Of a stretch of 61,702 bases of DNA, positions 25,963 to 37,593 are shown piece after piece. The notes beneath the pieces were generated by a model. It did no database searches and had not been told where the DNA came from. It saw only the letters and a program-made list of their open reading frames with translations. The stretch's first letter is position 1. The number at the start of each line of letters is the position of its first letter. The DNA is from Pseudogymnoascus verrucosus (taxonomy: Eukaryota): NCBI GenBank assembly GCA_001662655.1, contig KV460281.1. One strand, 5' to 3'. The position numbers and the translations under genes are program-made.

Positions 25963-27371
25963 TTTGAACTGCCTTTATCGAGATGGTGGTAGAGAAATTG
26001 AAGCATAGGACGAAACCCGCCTTTTGTATCCAGCTCAGATAACGACATTTCTCAACATCGGATTTATCTTTTCATGTCGGTGTAAATTCATTCTCTAATC
26101 GGACCTACTTTCCAAGTATTCCCTCCGCAACCTGTGACGATTGTGAAAACGTGCCCCTCAGCGAGTATGTTCCCGCTATCTCTTTGGCTGTCGTCGAGTT
26201 GCGAATCGTTGGGCAAGATCGTCCCTATGGGGAACGGAAAGTCACCTCCTGCGGAGGGGATCGCATGATCTCAGTCAAGCAGTCCACATAGCACTCCCCA
26301 GTCATTTGTTCAACAGACCGAGGTCATAGGGGCTTAGAAGACGTTGGAAAGAGCCAGTATTAAGACTCTTAACGGCGAAATAACCTTGACCGGGCTCTTG
26401 GCATCTATGCTCATCGCCGAGTACGTAGTCTCTCTACTGAGAGGCGTTTCCCTAGTATACGAACTGGCGGGAAGCCGGATCTGAGAAGTGCATATATGCC
26501 GTCTCTAAGAGCTGTAAGTAGGGAGTGTAGCTGTGCGGAGGGGTAAACTTCGGCTCAATCACCTCTCAGTCACCCGTCAGTCAGCTACTTTGCCCCAACT
26601 CGGCTTTTTCGTCCATACTTCTTCCGTGATGAAGCTTAACTACCTTGACCAACAGCCAACCAATCCTGGTATGTGGTGGGGTACAGCATTTTGGTGGGGT
26701 ACAGCGAAACCCCGCATTCTCCGCAACTACTAAAGTGCCTCCCCTCCTTCTCCATCCCCGATCTCGGGTTTCTTACATACAGAGTTATCTTTGTGCAGGC
26801 CTAGGAGCTTAATAATGTCACTGGGATCACGGAGATGGGCCGAAAGGGGAAGTCTTGACCAGCGCATAAGATGGGGTGTGATCGTCTCCCACTTGTGAAT
26901 TGCCGAAGTTTACCCTCAAGCCCCATAATTTGTTAATGTTTGCGAATACTCCCTAACAAGTGCCCTTCTCTCATCGTCCTTCTCCAGCGATTCTTGCTAC
27001 GTTGATAACACCGAGACCTCTACCTAACTCTAGAGCTTGATATAATGGGCTACTGCGTTCGAATGTTCACTCTGATTCAGGAGCGTATAGCTCTGCCGAC
27101 GTTTTCATCCCAAAGTTGATGGCCATGCCGAGGCTCCTATTTTTTTTAGGCGGGGTGGGTGAAGGGTCGATGCCACTGTCCATCTTCGTTAAATTGTCTA
27201 TCTAGGTCCGAGAAGTGGGGATGTAAAGATTGCAGCCTCTCCGCTTCCCCTCAGCGTTGTCAACCAACTACCGAACGCCGTAGAACGATATTTTCGTTTA
27301 TTTAGCGCATCCACATTGCGGAGACAGGCAAAAAAAAATTCAACCGCCATAATATGGAGATTGTACTGTAA

Positions 27372-27442
27372 TGCATCAGCCGTGAATCGAACACGGGGCC
27401 CATCGATGGCAACGATGGATTTTACCACTAAACCACTGATGC
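27372..27442 (-). tRNA. tRNA-Gly(GCC), intronless
   Basis: GCATCAG acceptor stem pairs with CTGATGC; D-loop TAGTGGTA; anticodon arm around GCC; TTCGATT T-loop; oligo-T terminator at ~27330-27338. Confidence 0.97.
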
Positions 27443-27981
27443 TTCTTGTTGTTGGCCATGGCGTATTGGCACATATGGTCTTTGGGCCCCGGATGCTCTA
27501 CACACACTCCGCTGCTTTTGCGATGCACCATTTTCGTCTTTTCGCACTTGCAAAAGCGGCTCCCCTTGCTGTTCCTCGAGCATGTGTGAGGTGTGCAGTG
27601 CAAGCAGAGTTCTACCCCTTCTCAGCCTAGCTGAGGGGCTGGGCGTCGTGCCTGTGAGCCTGCGATTCAGACCCCAGCTAACTCCAAACCTAGTTATGCT
27701 TTTAATCAGACTTCGGAATAGTATTACAACAGCGAAATTCCATAGCATTAACAATACAAAAGGATTGGAGTAGCCGTACAACAAAATTAATAGACAAAAT
27801 TTCAGGGACACATACACTAGCTACGTTAATTAGCAACTTGAACGTGGCATTAGATGTCAATGGGAGTATAAATGTCAGTCGGAAATTCCGATTAGAAAAC
27901 TCCGACCAACCGCACGTAATCCAAAAGAAGTATAGTGTAGGATGCTCTTAGGGTCGGATAAGCATAGATCTAACGCTAACA

Positions 27982-28049
27982 ACAGGATAACCCGTCATTT
28001 TGGGCGTAAAAACCGACCGTATCCCACGGGAATGTCCGTTTCCCCAACA
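27982..28049 (-). mobile_element. 5' fragment of a copia-like LTR (same family as 34482-34856)
   Basis: Reverse complement aligns to 34482-34550 with ~7 mismatches and 1 indel; begins TGTTGG. Confidence 0.7.
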
Positions 28050-28113
28050 CATATCAAATCAAAGGCACTAATTATGTCGTGAAAACCACCCTCCCAACTT
28101 AACAAGGACTAGG

Positions 28114-28436
28114 ATGCCGAGAGAAAGATATATGAGCATTTACAACGTGACAGCAGTTACCCAAGCATACTCAAATACTTTGGGAGGTGCCCCACTAAAT
28201 ATGAGCTGCTGCGACGTGGTCTGGTATTTGAATACCACCCACGTGGAACTCTTTTGGCTTCGTTTGAAAAACTGGATGGAATTGAGGTTTCTGAGAACGA
28301 TCGACAATGGTTTGCGGTCCCCTTTACCCTATTCGAGAAATTCGTATGCTGCAATACCGTCATGCTCTGACTTGTCTCTATTGGCTGGCCCTACCAGATT
28401 GTATCGGCAATAGACTTTATCCACCCATGCAGCGTC
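28114..28436 (+). pseudogene. Protein kinase-like gene fragment
   Basis: Frame not in the ORF track reads AERKIYEHL..YPSILKYFG..GLVFEYHPRGTL, then WPYQIVSAIDFIH; no catalytic loop follows. Confidence 0.55.
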
Positions 28437-28584
28437 AATCAGATAACTCATGCACTCATGGGCCATACATATCCCGCGCGAAGTGTCTCTTCTGGAAGTA
28501 ACACCACCGTGTGAAAACCCCCGGTCCAACAACTCCTGAGAGAGGCCAAGAACCCCAGATAAAGATCAACAATCTCTCGATTTC

Positions 28585-28755
28585 GATCCTCGCGCTCCGG
28601 TTCACGTTCCCGACGATTGCCTAGATGCGCTCCCCCCTGATCCTGCTCTCACTGAACTTGAGCAGAAGCGAGAGCAGTTGAAAGCTGGGACGTACAGAAT
28701 TCAGGGGACGAGCATCGAAGCAGAGGTTCGGCGACTTACCGCCGTAATCGGTAGT
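28585..28755 (+). pseudogene. Fragment resembling a DUF3435 ('FluG-domain' / Starship captain) tyrosine recombinase
   Basis: DPRAPVHVPDDCLDALPPDPALTELEQKREQLKAGTYRIQGTSIEAEVRRLTAVIGS matches from memory the post-catalytic segment of fungal DUF3435 proteins. Confidence 0.65.
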
Positions 28756-29196
28756 CCCTACCAATGTCGTAGTAGCACGGAAGGTTGAAATTCAATGTTC
28801 CGAGGTAGATTGGGATGTAATTTCCTTGAAGTGAGCGCAGTCGATTATAGACTTTCTCTCCTAAAGAATATCGTTCTCGTCCATCCCTTTAGCAACCAGA
28901 GTATACCCGTGTGCAGAGTGTCGGATTTTAAAGAGTGCTCCTCCAGCCCCTTTTAACGTAGAGCGGTTTACAGTCAGCTTGTTACTGCAGTCTCTTGCGA
29001 GCTGGATACGAATACAGCGGAGGAAGTTGCTTTTCTACATGTGTTAGTTTCCATGATATTTAAAGGTTGCGACGCCAGTCATCTAGAACGCCACCAAATA
29101 CTAAAGCAAACAGACACTTCTGAGTAAATAAATAAATAAAAGCTCTGCTCTGAGCTAGTCTAAAGACTATCAAGCAGTCTAGTATTCATGTCAGCT

Positions 29197-30917
29197 CTAA
29201 AGTCTATCCAATATCTCGAAACAGCATTGAAGCTGAGTTTGAGACACGCTCTCCAACCAAAGGAATTTTCGCAAGCAGTCCCTACACTGGTCTTGATTTT
29301 GCAGTTGGAGCGAGGCAGCTGTGCGCATGAAGTGGTCCATGTACCAAGGGCATAGCGGTCCTCCAATCGTTGCCGTGGAGCCCATGAACAGAACCCAGAG
29401 GAGTAGCTTAGATAGCATGCTCCATGAATAGGTGAGATCCGTTTCCTCTAGAGCCGCGCGGAGGCTTGCTCCGAAGGTAGTCAAGGTCGTTGACATCACA
29501 TGGGATTCTCCTAGCAGAACGGTCCTGATGAAGATCAAACATGAGATATGACAGCACGACAGAATTTGACAGTGATTAATAGTTGTGGTTGTGATTGTTA
29601 CCGGCGCAGAAAGTTTGCCCTCAATAGCGAGGCATTTTTCCTTGAACTGGGATGGCATTAAATTCAACTTGTCGTTCGACTGGGCTAGCCCAAGGCTCAC
29701 AATCAAGAATCGAAGCTCGCAAATTATGGAAATGAATTCGTCAAAGATGATAGATGTGTGCAACAAATCGGCGAATCCATGACCCATCAAGGCCATTTCA
29801 GTTCCAGGATAGATGTTTAGTGGAAGAGTATTCAGCACCGCTTGTGATCGCAGTAGCGTGAATTGCAACCTGCTACCAAAGCTACATGCACAGCAGAAGT
29901 CCGCCCTATTATCGAAGGTAAGTCAGCTTTTGTTAAAGCGTAGCTTGGTTGAACAGAGCAATATAATTATATACCAGAAAATAGTGTCTCGGACCACTGG
30001 GTTTAACCATGTCGCATCGAGGCCACCTCCCAAGGAGATCATTCGCCGCATCCCAGCCATGTGGATACGAGCTGCTTCATAATCCTTGTCGAATACCTAC
30101 CAAATCAGTCAACTAGTCTCCGTCATAGATAAAATAGCAACTCACAGCTTGGGTGAGGAGACCAAGCACAGCAGCCATTGTTATGTTGCTGATAGCTCTT
30201 GAGGAATCTTGATCCCGTAGCCGTTCATTCAAATGACTAATGCTCATTTGTGAATACTTTAATACTAGTGGACAAGCACTTTGTCGCCTCAGAGCCGCAA
30301 GCTGACCTGCTGACGAAGCCATTGCCCCGTATAATACAAGTGGATCCGATATTATCATTGGTAGCCATACATCCTTCATAGCGCTGTAACGTCCTAATGG
30401 TGCCAACGCGGGCTCAAGATTTGTCATGGCTGTGATCCTCTAATATCAGTCATCATAATACTAGGCTTCACTAGAAACAACTCATAATGTTTTGGCTAGA
30501 ATTGAGAAGAACATGAGCATGACTTACTATAATGCATGAGTAGTTTCATCTCCTGCTCGTGAAGGGGAACTGATAATGAATTAAATGGATCGCTACTACC
30601 AGCCCCGAGTCCTCTTAGTTGAATCTCGGACGTCTGCCTTTTTCGAGATTGTACTTTCTGTACAACTGCAGCAGTTTCATTGCGAAAGTTGAGATCGAGG
30701 TGATCCCGGTATTTCGGACAAACGTAGCCGGCCCTTAAGCATTGTTTGCAGCCCGAAATGTCTTGGCTACACTAATCGGATATGTTAGCGAGTGTTCTAG
30801 TACTGAGACACATGCCATTTCTTGTGTTAGGAATGAATATCATTAGGGGTGCCTAACCTTGATCTTTCGTTGACGGCAATTAGAGCAACCTTTGCTTGGC
30901 TTACCGCAAAATACCAT
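29197..30917 (-). CDS. Zn2Cys6 transcription factor
   Basis: MVFCGKPSKGCSNCRQRKIK/intron/CSQDISGCKQCLRAGYVCPKYRD; GAGSSDPF; C-terminal LLWVLFMG region. Confidence 0.85.
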
Positions 30918-31314
30918 GACGATTCGAGCAGCCGTTATTCGTAAGTAGTGTGTAGATCAATATGGCAGTTGGGACAACTGTTTTATAATAGTGCCTGATG
31001 ACCGACGTAAAAGCACGGGCCTAATGCCACGTGGCTACCTAAAACGGCAAATGGCACTAAGTTTCTATCAATAAGAAGCGAGCGCCTAGCCCTACACGGT
31101 ATGCATCACGTTAGCGCTTACTATGGGATGCTTATAAGTGATTATCTGATGTAAGAAGCAAGGGCTTGAATCCCCTAGACCGCTGTCACATGGGGGTCCA
31201 GGGGACTAGGGTACCATAATCCAAGCTAGTTATGTAGGGAGACAAAGCGATACCCTAGTAAGCCGACTATAATAAAGTCGATAAACTACCAGTCATTTAC
31301 TAAGCATTGCACTT

Positions 31315-32290
31315 TCATGATCCCTCGCTCAGCCTCCTCCACCTGTCTAGACTTTTGTCTGTAGATACCACGCTTTCCTTGATCAGCTTCCAAGCATCTT
31401 CGCCGACGGCAAGCCTTAGGGGTAAATCAGGGCTCCTGACAATATCGATAATTCTCTTCGCGACGCTTGGTGCAGTCGCCCAGTGTGCCCGTGCTTCCGG
31501 ACTTGCAAGGAATTTCTTTAATTGATTCGTTGGACAGCTGGTGTCAACATAATCAGGATGGGTCGCGGCATAGATGTAGTTGCTTCCTGCAAACTCAGTC
31601 TTGACACCCCCTAGTTCCAAAATGAGGTATTTGATGTTCCAGTCTGGATGGACTTCCAAGGACGCACACTCTGTCCAACCTTCGATGGCGAATTTGCTGG
31701 AATCAGAAAGAGGTTAGTTAGTGGTTTTCTCACAAAGGATGTTATTATGTATGAATAGTATCATTACCTTGCCGAATAAGACGAATTTCCTGCAAACCCA
31801 AATCGTCCTAGAAAAGAACTAATCTGAATGATCAACCCCCCTTGGCCCACCGGGTTGACCTGGCGAAAGGTTTTCATAGCCTCTAATGACATGTTGACCG
31901 TGCCCCAGTAGTTCGTTTCGAAGATCGCCCTCGCTTCTTCTTCTGTGATGCCTTCGGCATCGCCTAGAATACCATAGCCTGCATTGTTGACGACGATGTC
32001 AACATGACCAAAACGCGTAATAGCTTGTACAAAAGCAGCTTCAATACTTAGCCTACTAGTGATGTCAAGTTGTAATGTCAAGATAGATGGGGTGTCTGGA
32101 AGATCAGACAGTGTGGCGAGGTTTCTAGCTGTTGCTACGACGCAATGTCCAGATTCCAGAATCTGAGCGCTCAGGGCCGCGCCAATGCCTGAGGAGCAGC
32201 CTGATACTGGAACTCGCATTAAAAGACTATCCTCAATTTGATTAAGGAGAACTCACCCAGCCACACGAGCTTTTGACTTGCTTTCGCCAT
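31315..32290 (-). CDS. Short-chain dehydrogenase/reductase
   Basis: VSGCSSGIG, VVNNAGYG, YSASKFAIEGW (across an intron), PLRLAVG. Confidence 0.9.
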
Positions 32291-32926
32291 CACGATTGCA
32301 CCGTCGAGCTGATATGATGAGTTACTAGAGCAGCTATTAACCGTGATATTGAAAACGCTTAAAATATTCGGCGGGTGCTCATATAAAGTGCAGTCTTGTA
32401 TCCTTTATAGTTTTATATTCGTAGTAAGTAGCGCCTCATTGTGTTCATTTAAAAACGTAAAAGTCAGGTCGGGCTTATTTCTCATTAACTCGCATGGTCG
32501 GATTGGATACATCGCACTGGTATCCTTAAACGATGTTGCTCTAGTCTTTGCATTAATCTGCGGTTTCACAGTGGACTGCTGTTACTGCAAAAGCAAGAGC
32601 CTAACCGTACGTGGTATTAAATACGTTAGTGCCTGCTAGTTAAAAGCACAGCATGAGGCCGCATGGCAGTTGCCTCAAATAGCAAATAGACTAAACTTCT
32701 GTTATTACCATATAAATTGAAAGAATTCTATGCTCCATATGACTAGACTATTAACAACCTGTTAGGAAACCACGCCACCACTCTGGGTGGTTTTCCTTAA
32801 ATTTTGCATCTAACCCACGGTCGGGGGCGTGCAAAGATTTCGGACCCATGCAACCCAGACTGTCGGGGGCCTATGACGCACCCTGATTCTGCCTATCGTG
32901 CCATTCTATTCATAATTGTAAGGATC

Positions 32927-34008
32927 TCAATTTGCCGCGAACATTTCGTTGTTTGTTTCAGACCATGATGTCTCTCTTGGTACTGTGCTGTACTCAATTT
33001 TGTCGAAATTTCTCTGGAAGCCGAAGCCAGGGTGGAAAATGCAAAACGCGATGCTAGCGATTGTAACCATGCTACAAGAAATGTGTTAGGTACGGCCCTG
33101 CCTATAATGGTATGAGTAGATGACGACCTACCATGATTCGAGAATGATAAACAGGGTTTCGTTTCTCATAAGCGGATTGTCCCAGCCAGGACCCAGCTCA
33201 GCAACTCTGTAGACGCATCTTATAAATATTGATAATCCGAATACTAAGGCCATGATCAGGAAGCCTCGGAATGGCATTGAGCTGCGCATCAACTTGTATT
33301 TTGGATTCTTACGCTCTGGATAGCGACGAATACGGATGGCCAAATCTGCGCACATGCAACCAAATATGAACATGGTTACAACCTGCGTAATGAGGCCAAC
33401 CAACATGAGGCGATTGCCTAAGTTCATTGTAGAATCGGTTGTAGAAGACGACGCCAACCCACCACCAGCACCTTGCAATGATAGGGAAACCCAGTCGCAA
33501 AAGATAAAGAATTGAGAGTAGCGGATTGGTGCAATGCGTGAGAAGTCTCTTCCAAATATCATGATACTAAAAGAGTATGAGCATATATATAAGAGGTATT
33601 AAGGGCATGGTATTACATTCGCCCGAGACAGAGATATAGGGCCGCAGAATAGAATGCTGGCGCAGTTGTTAAACACACAACCTGCACCAAAAATCTGCAA
33701 AACTGCTCAGCAATCATACAAATCATCCTAATTATGAGAACATACGTGCTCAAGTTATATGGGTTCTTGTGCATGAATACGCGTCCCACATATCCGATGA
33801 CCTCAGTCATTGAGCCGAGAACCATACAGACCATAAAAGTCCATGTTCGATATCTGATGCCCCAAACAACATGCGCGATTAGAGACACAGCAAAGAGAGA
33901 GAGGAAAGCAATGCTCGCGGCCAAATTGGGTGCATAGCCTAGGGGAGACCCATCCGCTGGACAGTCAGGCCCAACGCCAATATTCGCGCAAGTAGTTAAC
34001 GACATCAT
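32927..34008 (-). CDS. RTA1-like membrane protein
   Basis: GYAPNLAA, EVIGYVGR, APAFYSAALY, FIFCDWVSLSLQGAGGGLA, IRCVYRVAEL, FHPG. Confidence 0.9.
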
Positions 34009-34481
34009 GAATGCGATTTACTAGAGACCGAGGTTGCAGGACCTATTGAACAAATTATGCTCAGTGACACGGTTGCGCAAAGTAAAAGAAAGGGAACGGG
34101 GATATATAACTAAGGAATGACAAAAAAAACAATACAACATTGTCGACAGGGAATATAGTTCCAGCCGCCCACGGCTCTGTATATACTGTAGGAGCTAGGC
34201 GCATGGATAATAATACGAAAACATGAATTGGCTGGCCAGGTCTTTATGAGCAAATCTACTCTGCCTAGAGAGCCTTGTCTAAGATTACTCAGGCGGGTCA
34301 CCTTCCTTCGTGCGCACCTTGTTTTAGTCTTTTTAGTAGCGTACGCGAGTATCTTCCGGGCAAATTGAGGAATGCGTGTTTGTAGAATAGAACTAACAAA
34401 TGTTACAGCGTTATCAGCTTTTTACTTTAGGGCAAATGATTAAGTATCTTTACCTATAAAATCAACTGCAGAGATACTTAC

Positions 34482-34856
34482 TGTTGGGGGAAACAAACAT
34501 CCCCGTGGAATACGGTCGGTTTTTACGTCCAAAATGACGGTTTATCCCGTGGGACCGTCCAGCTCCCAGCTGGGCTTGCGAGTGAGACAGTGGCGCCATT
34601 TGGAAGCCACTGATCCAAAGCCCAACTCAGCTCGGAAAGCCCAACTTGTCAGGGTTTTGGGGGGTTTCCCCCAGGACTACAAATATCGTACGTAGGCCCG
34701 TAGATTAGGTAGTAATCCAATTAACTTATATACTGTATTTACCGTGTTCTAGTGTTTGAAGCCTTCTGTTCTGTTGCGCCAAAGTAAAGAGTTCCGGCCA
34801 CCGGAGACACGGTACAATTCGTGTGTGGTCCCCGTATTCCGGTCCTCCCACCAACA
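34482..34856 (+). mobile_element. Solo LTR (copia-like), 375 bp
   Basis: TGTTGG...CCAACA termini; perfect 5-bp TSD CTTAC (34477-34481 and 34857-34861); related copies at 27982 and 43728. Confidence 0.85.
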
Positions 34857-34973
34857 CTTACGCTTAAATTGCTTACGTCACGTGACCAGTTTACTAGACC
34901 TATTCAATGGCCTAGGTATAAATCTAATTCTAGCGCATGCAATGGCGTGTTTGGTATGGAGAAGTAATCAGTG

Positions 34974-35184
34974 CCTAACCTTACATGGTATGCATCACGT
35001 AGAAATGGAAAAAAATGAAGACCTAACCCTATATGGTATGTATCACGTAGAAATGGAAAAACAATTAAGGCCTAACCCTGTATAGTATGCATCCTATACA
35101 GCCTAACTATACATGGTATATTGCGGTTGTGTAAAAAATATAGGGAACGATCGGAGCCTAGCCCAATGTGGTATGCGTCACGTA
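34974..35184. repeat. Degenerate tandem array of a CCTARCCYTAYATGGTATGCATCACGT motif
   Basis: About 5 copies, the first three at ~49-bp spacing; an additional copy at 31085-31111. Confidence 0.7.
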
Positions 35185-35444
35185 CAATCTAATTTGGACA
35201 AGGCTTCTACATAAAGAAAATGCAGGACATGACATGTGCTGTGTACAAATTAGACCGAGATAAACGGATAGAAAAGAATAGTATAATTAGTTCGAGACCG
35301 GGATGGGATTGCGTGGATCCATCTACATAAGACAACCCTACATGTCTTGTCAATCGCGCTGTCATTATATCAAGACGGGATACCTCTTTCTCAAATACAT
35401 ATCCTACTCTGTCAAGAGCAGCTCTTCTCTGTGCTGTCAAATCC

Positions 35445-36384
35445 ATGATGCTCGATTCACGTGGTGACCTCGCAGCTGTCGTCTTGGCTCTCTGGTGTCC
35501 ATTATTTCTTGTTGCAATCTGGGTTGTGAGACGCCATGGCTTCAGTCGCCAAGCTGGATGGATCTTCATCGTCTTCCTGGCTGCCATTCGCATCACTGGT
35601 TCAAGCATGGAGTTGGCCAGCGAGAGTACGCCTCAGAACTGGCTCATTGTGGCTTCTGCCACTCTTCAGTCGGTTGGACTGTCGCCACTGCTGTTCGCGC
35701 TCCTAGGCATTCTTTCTCAAGTGTACGTTGATATATCCATTAGTCTCTTCCCCTCCAGCTGCAAAGCTGTCATAATTATGCGGCGAATGCCTTTCCATGA
35801 ACATGGCTTAGGTTTACACAGTAGCTAATTTTGAATTGTGCTTCAGGTTCAAAGCTTCTCATCTAGGCCAGAGAGTGATAATAATTGGACTGAACACACT
35901 ACAATTGATAATCCTTACTGGATTCATCCTGGCCATTGTTGGTGGAGTAAAGGCATACGTACCTAACTCTTCGGCTTCGGACATCAGCTTGGGCAAAGTC
36001 TTGATCAAAGTTGCTGTCGGCCTTTTCGTAGCCTCATTCGTTGCCCAAGTCTACCTAATTGTCAAGAGTCGATATACAGCAGCTTTGTCCGGTACGCACA
36101 AAGCAACCGAGATCCGCCTTCTCGCATTCGCCGCTGCAGTCAGTGCCCCTTTTATAGCAACCCGAGTAGCCTACAGCGCAGTTGGGACGTTCTCGAACGA
36201 CTCGCCACAGTTCAACCCGGTTGCTGGTAATGTGGTTATATTGGCGTGTATGGCGCTATTAATGGAGCTCATCGCTGCTTGCATCTACCTCGCCATAGGA
36301 TGCTACATAGATCCTTCCGACGGATTGGGAACAGTAGAAGACTCAAGAAAGATGCCTCAATTTAGTAGCCTAGCAGTGGTCTAA
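35445..36384 (+). CDS. Multi-pass fungal membrane protein (DUF7702-like)
   Basis: RHGFSRQAGWIF, SVGLSPLL, PFIATRVAYS, MALLME; intron 35723-35846. Confidence 0.75.
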
Positions 36385-36465
36385 TCGGTTACTCTGCACG
36401 CATTATCTACAGAATTATAAATCTTAGCCTAATCTTATACTAGAGTTTTATAACGTATTTCACAT

Positions 36466-36966
36466 ACTGCCACTGCCACTGCCACTGTTAATGACACCAA
36501 CGTTGACAGATGCCCGTCCTATGCCCAGTCAGACTGGTGCGGTTTCACTACTGCTCCGCCGACAGGCGTCTTCCCGGCCTATTCGACATACGTCAGCCAG
36601 GTGTACTCATGGTGGATGGAGCATAGCTCCGCGCTCGTCTACATGAGGGACAATTGCCCTAATACTTGGGAGCATGGCCGGTGGCGTGATGGAGACGGCG
36701 AGCGGTGGATTGAAGACACCTTTGTCGTTGCTGCATGCTATGCCGAAGCGCTTACGACTGCTGAGCTGGCGTCGACGGGGCTGGCGGCTACGGGGGGGTT
36801 GAGCACGACGAAGCTAGAGGCTACGAGTCTCGCGAAAACGGCTGTGAGAAGCGCGACCCCGACATCGACGGACGCGCCGAGTGGTGGGATGGGACGCTTG
36901 GGCGCGGAGATGTGGATGGCTGCGCTTGCGGGGATCGCTGCTGTTGCGATAGGCTGCGAGTGGTAG
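36466..36966 (+). pseudogene. 5'-truncated Cys-containing, GPI-anchor-like cell-surface protein
   Basis: CPSYAQSDWCGF..YSTYVSQVYSWW..CPNTW..CY, Ser/Thr stalk, hydrophobic tail; no start or signal peptide, preceded by a TA-rich stretch. Confidence 0.5.
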
Positions 36967-37593
36967 GGAGTCTGCATATTTGTGGGAGAGGTGCTGTATT
37001 GTATAGTATAGTTAGATACCCTAATTGTTGCGTGATGTATGCGTTGCTACTCCAGATGCCTACGGTCCACAAGTACAAGGCAGGCGTTAAGGGATACACA
37101 TAAAGGGGTCAGTCACCCACATACTCACGTCCTCATTATAGAATAATACAACTGAAAATTAGATCCGCCGCTGGCTCATTGTATTCATCAACTCTCCGTT
37201 CTTGCTATTCTCATCTCGTCATACAATCCCCATCCCCTCATCCCCGCCGTGAGGCACCTCTCCAGCTGCTTCCTTCAGAAAATCTAAAGCTTAACTACTG
37301 GCTCCATGTACTCTTGCTCCTGTTGTTGTCCGCTGGTATGCATTACAATTATGGGCGCCCTACAATTATCCGCTAGGTTGGTCTAGCGCCTGATAGTCCC
37401 AAACGCTAACTGATGATGCAGTTTACTCCCATTACCCTTCTCTGCTTTATCAATATAATATATAGCTATATGCATATGTTGAAGTATGTAGGCAAAATAA
37501 ATCACATGCTATAAGATTAGTACAACTTGGTTAATATACGAATCCGGCTACCTATCTCCTATTACCTCTCTCTGATATATAATTTTTCTTCGT

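Noticed and set aside
27982..34550. 68-bp inverted repeats apparently forming TIRs around the TF-SDR-RTA1 genes
   Set aside because: The right copy is the 5' end of a solo LTR with its own CTTAC TSD, so these are two LTR-family copies, not transposon termini.
34974..35184. CRISPR-like array
   Set aside because: Eukaryotic context, degenerate units, no unique spacers and no cas genes.
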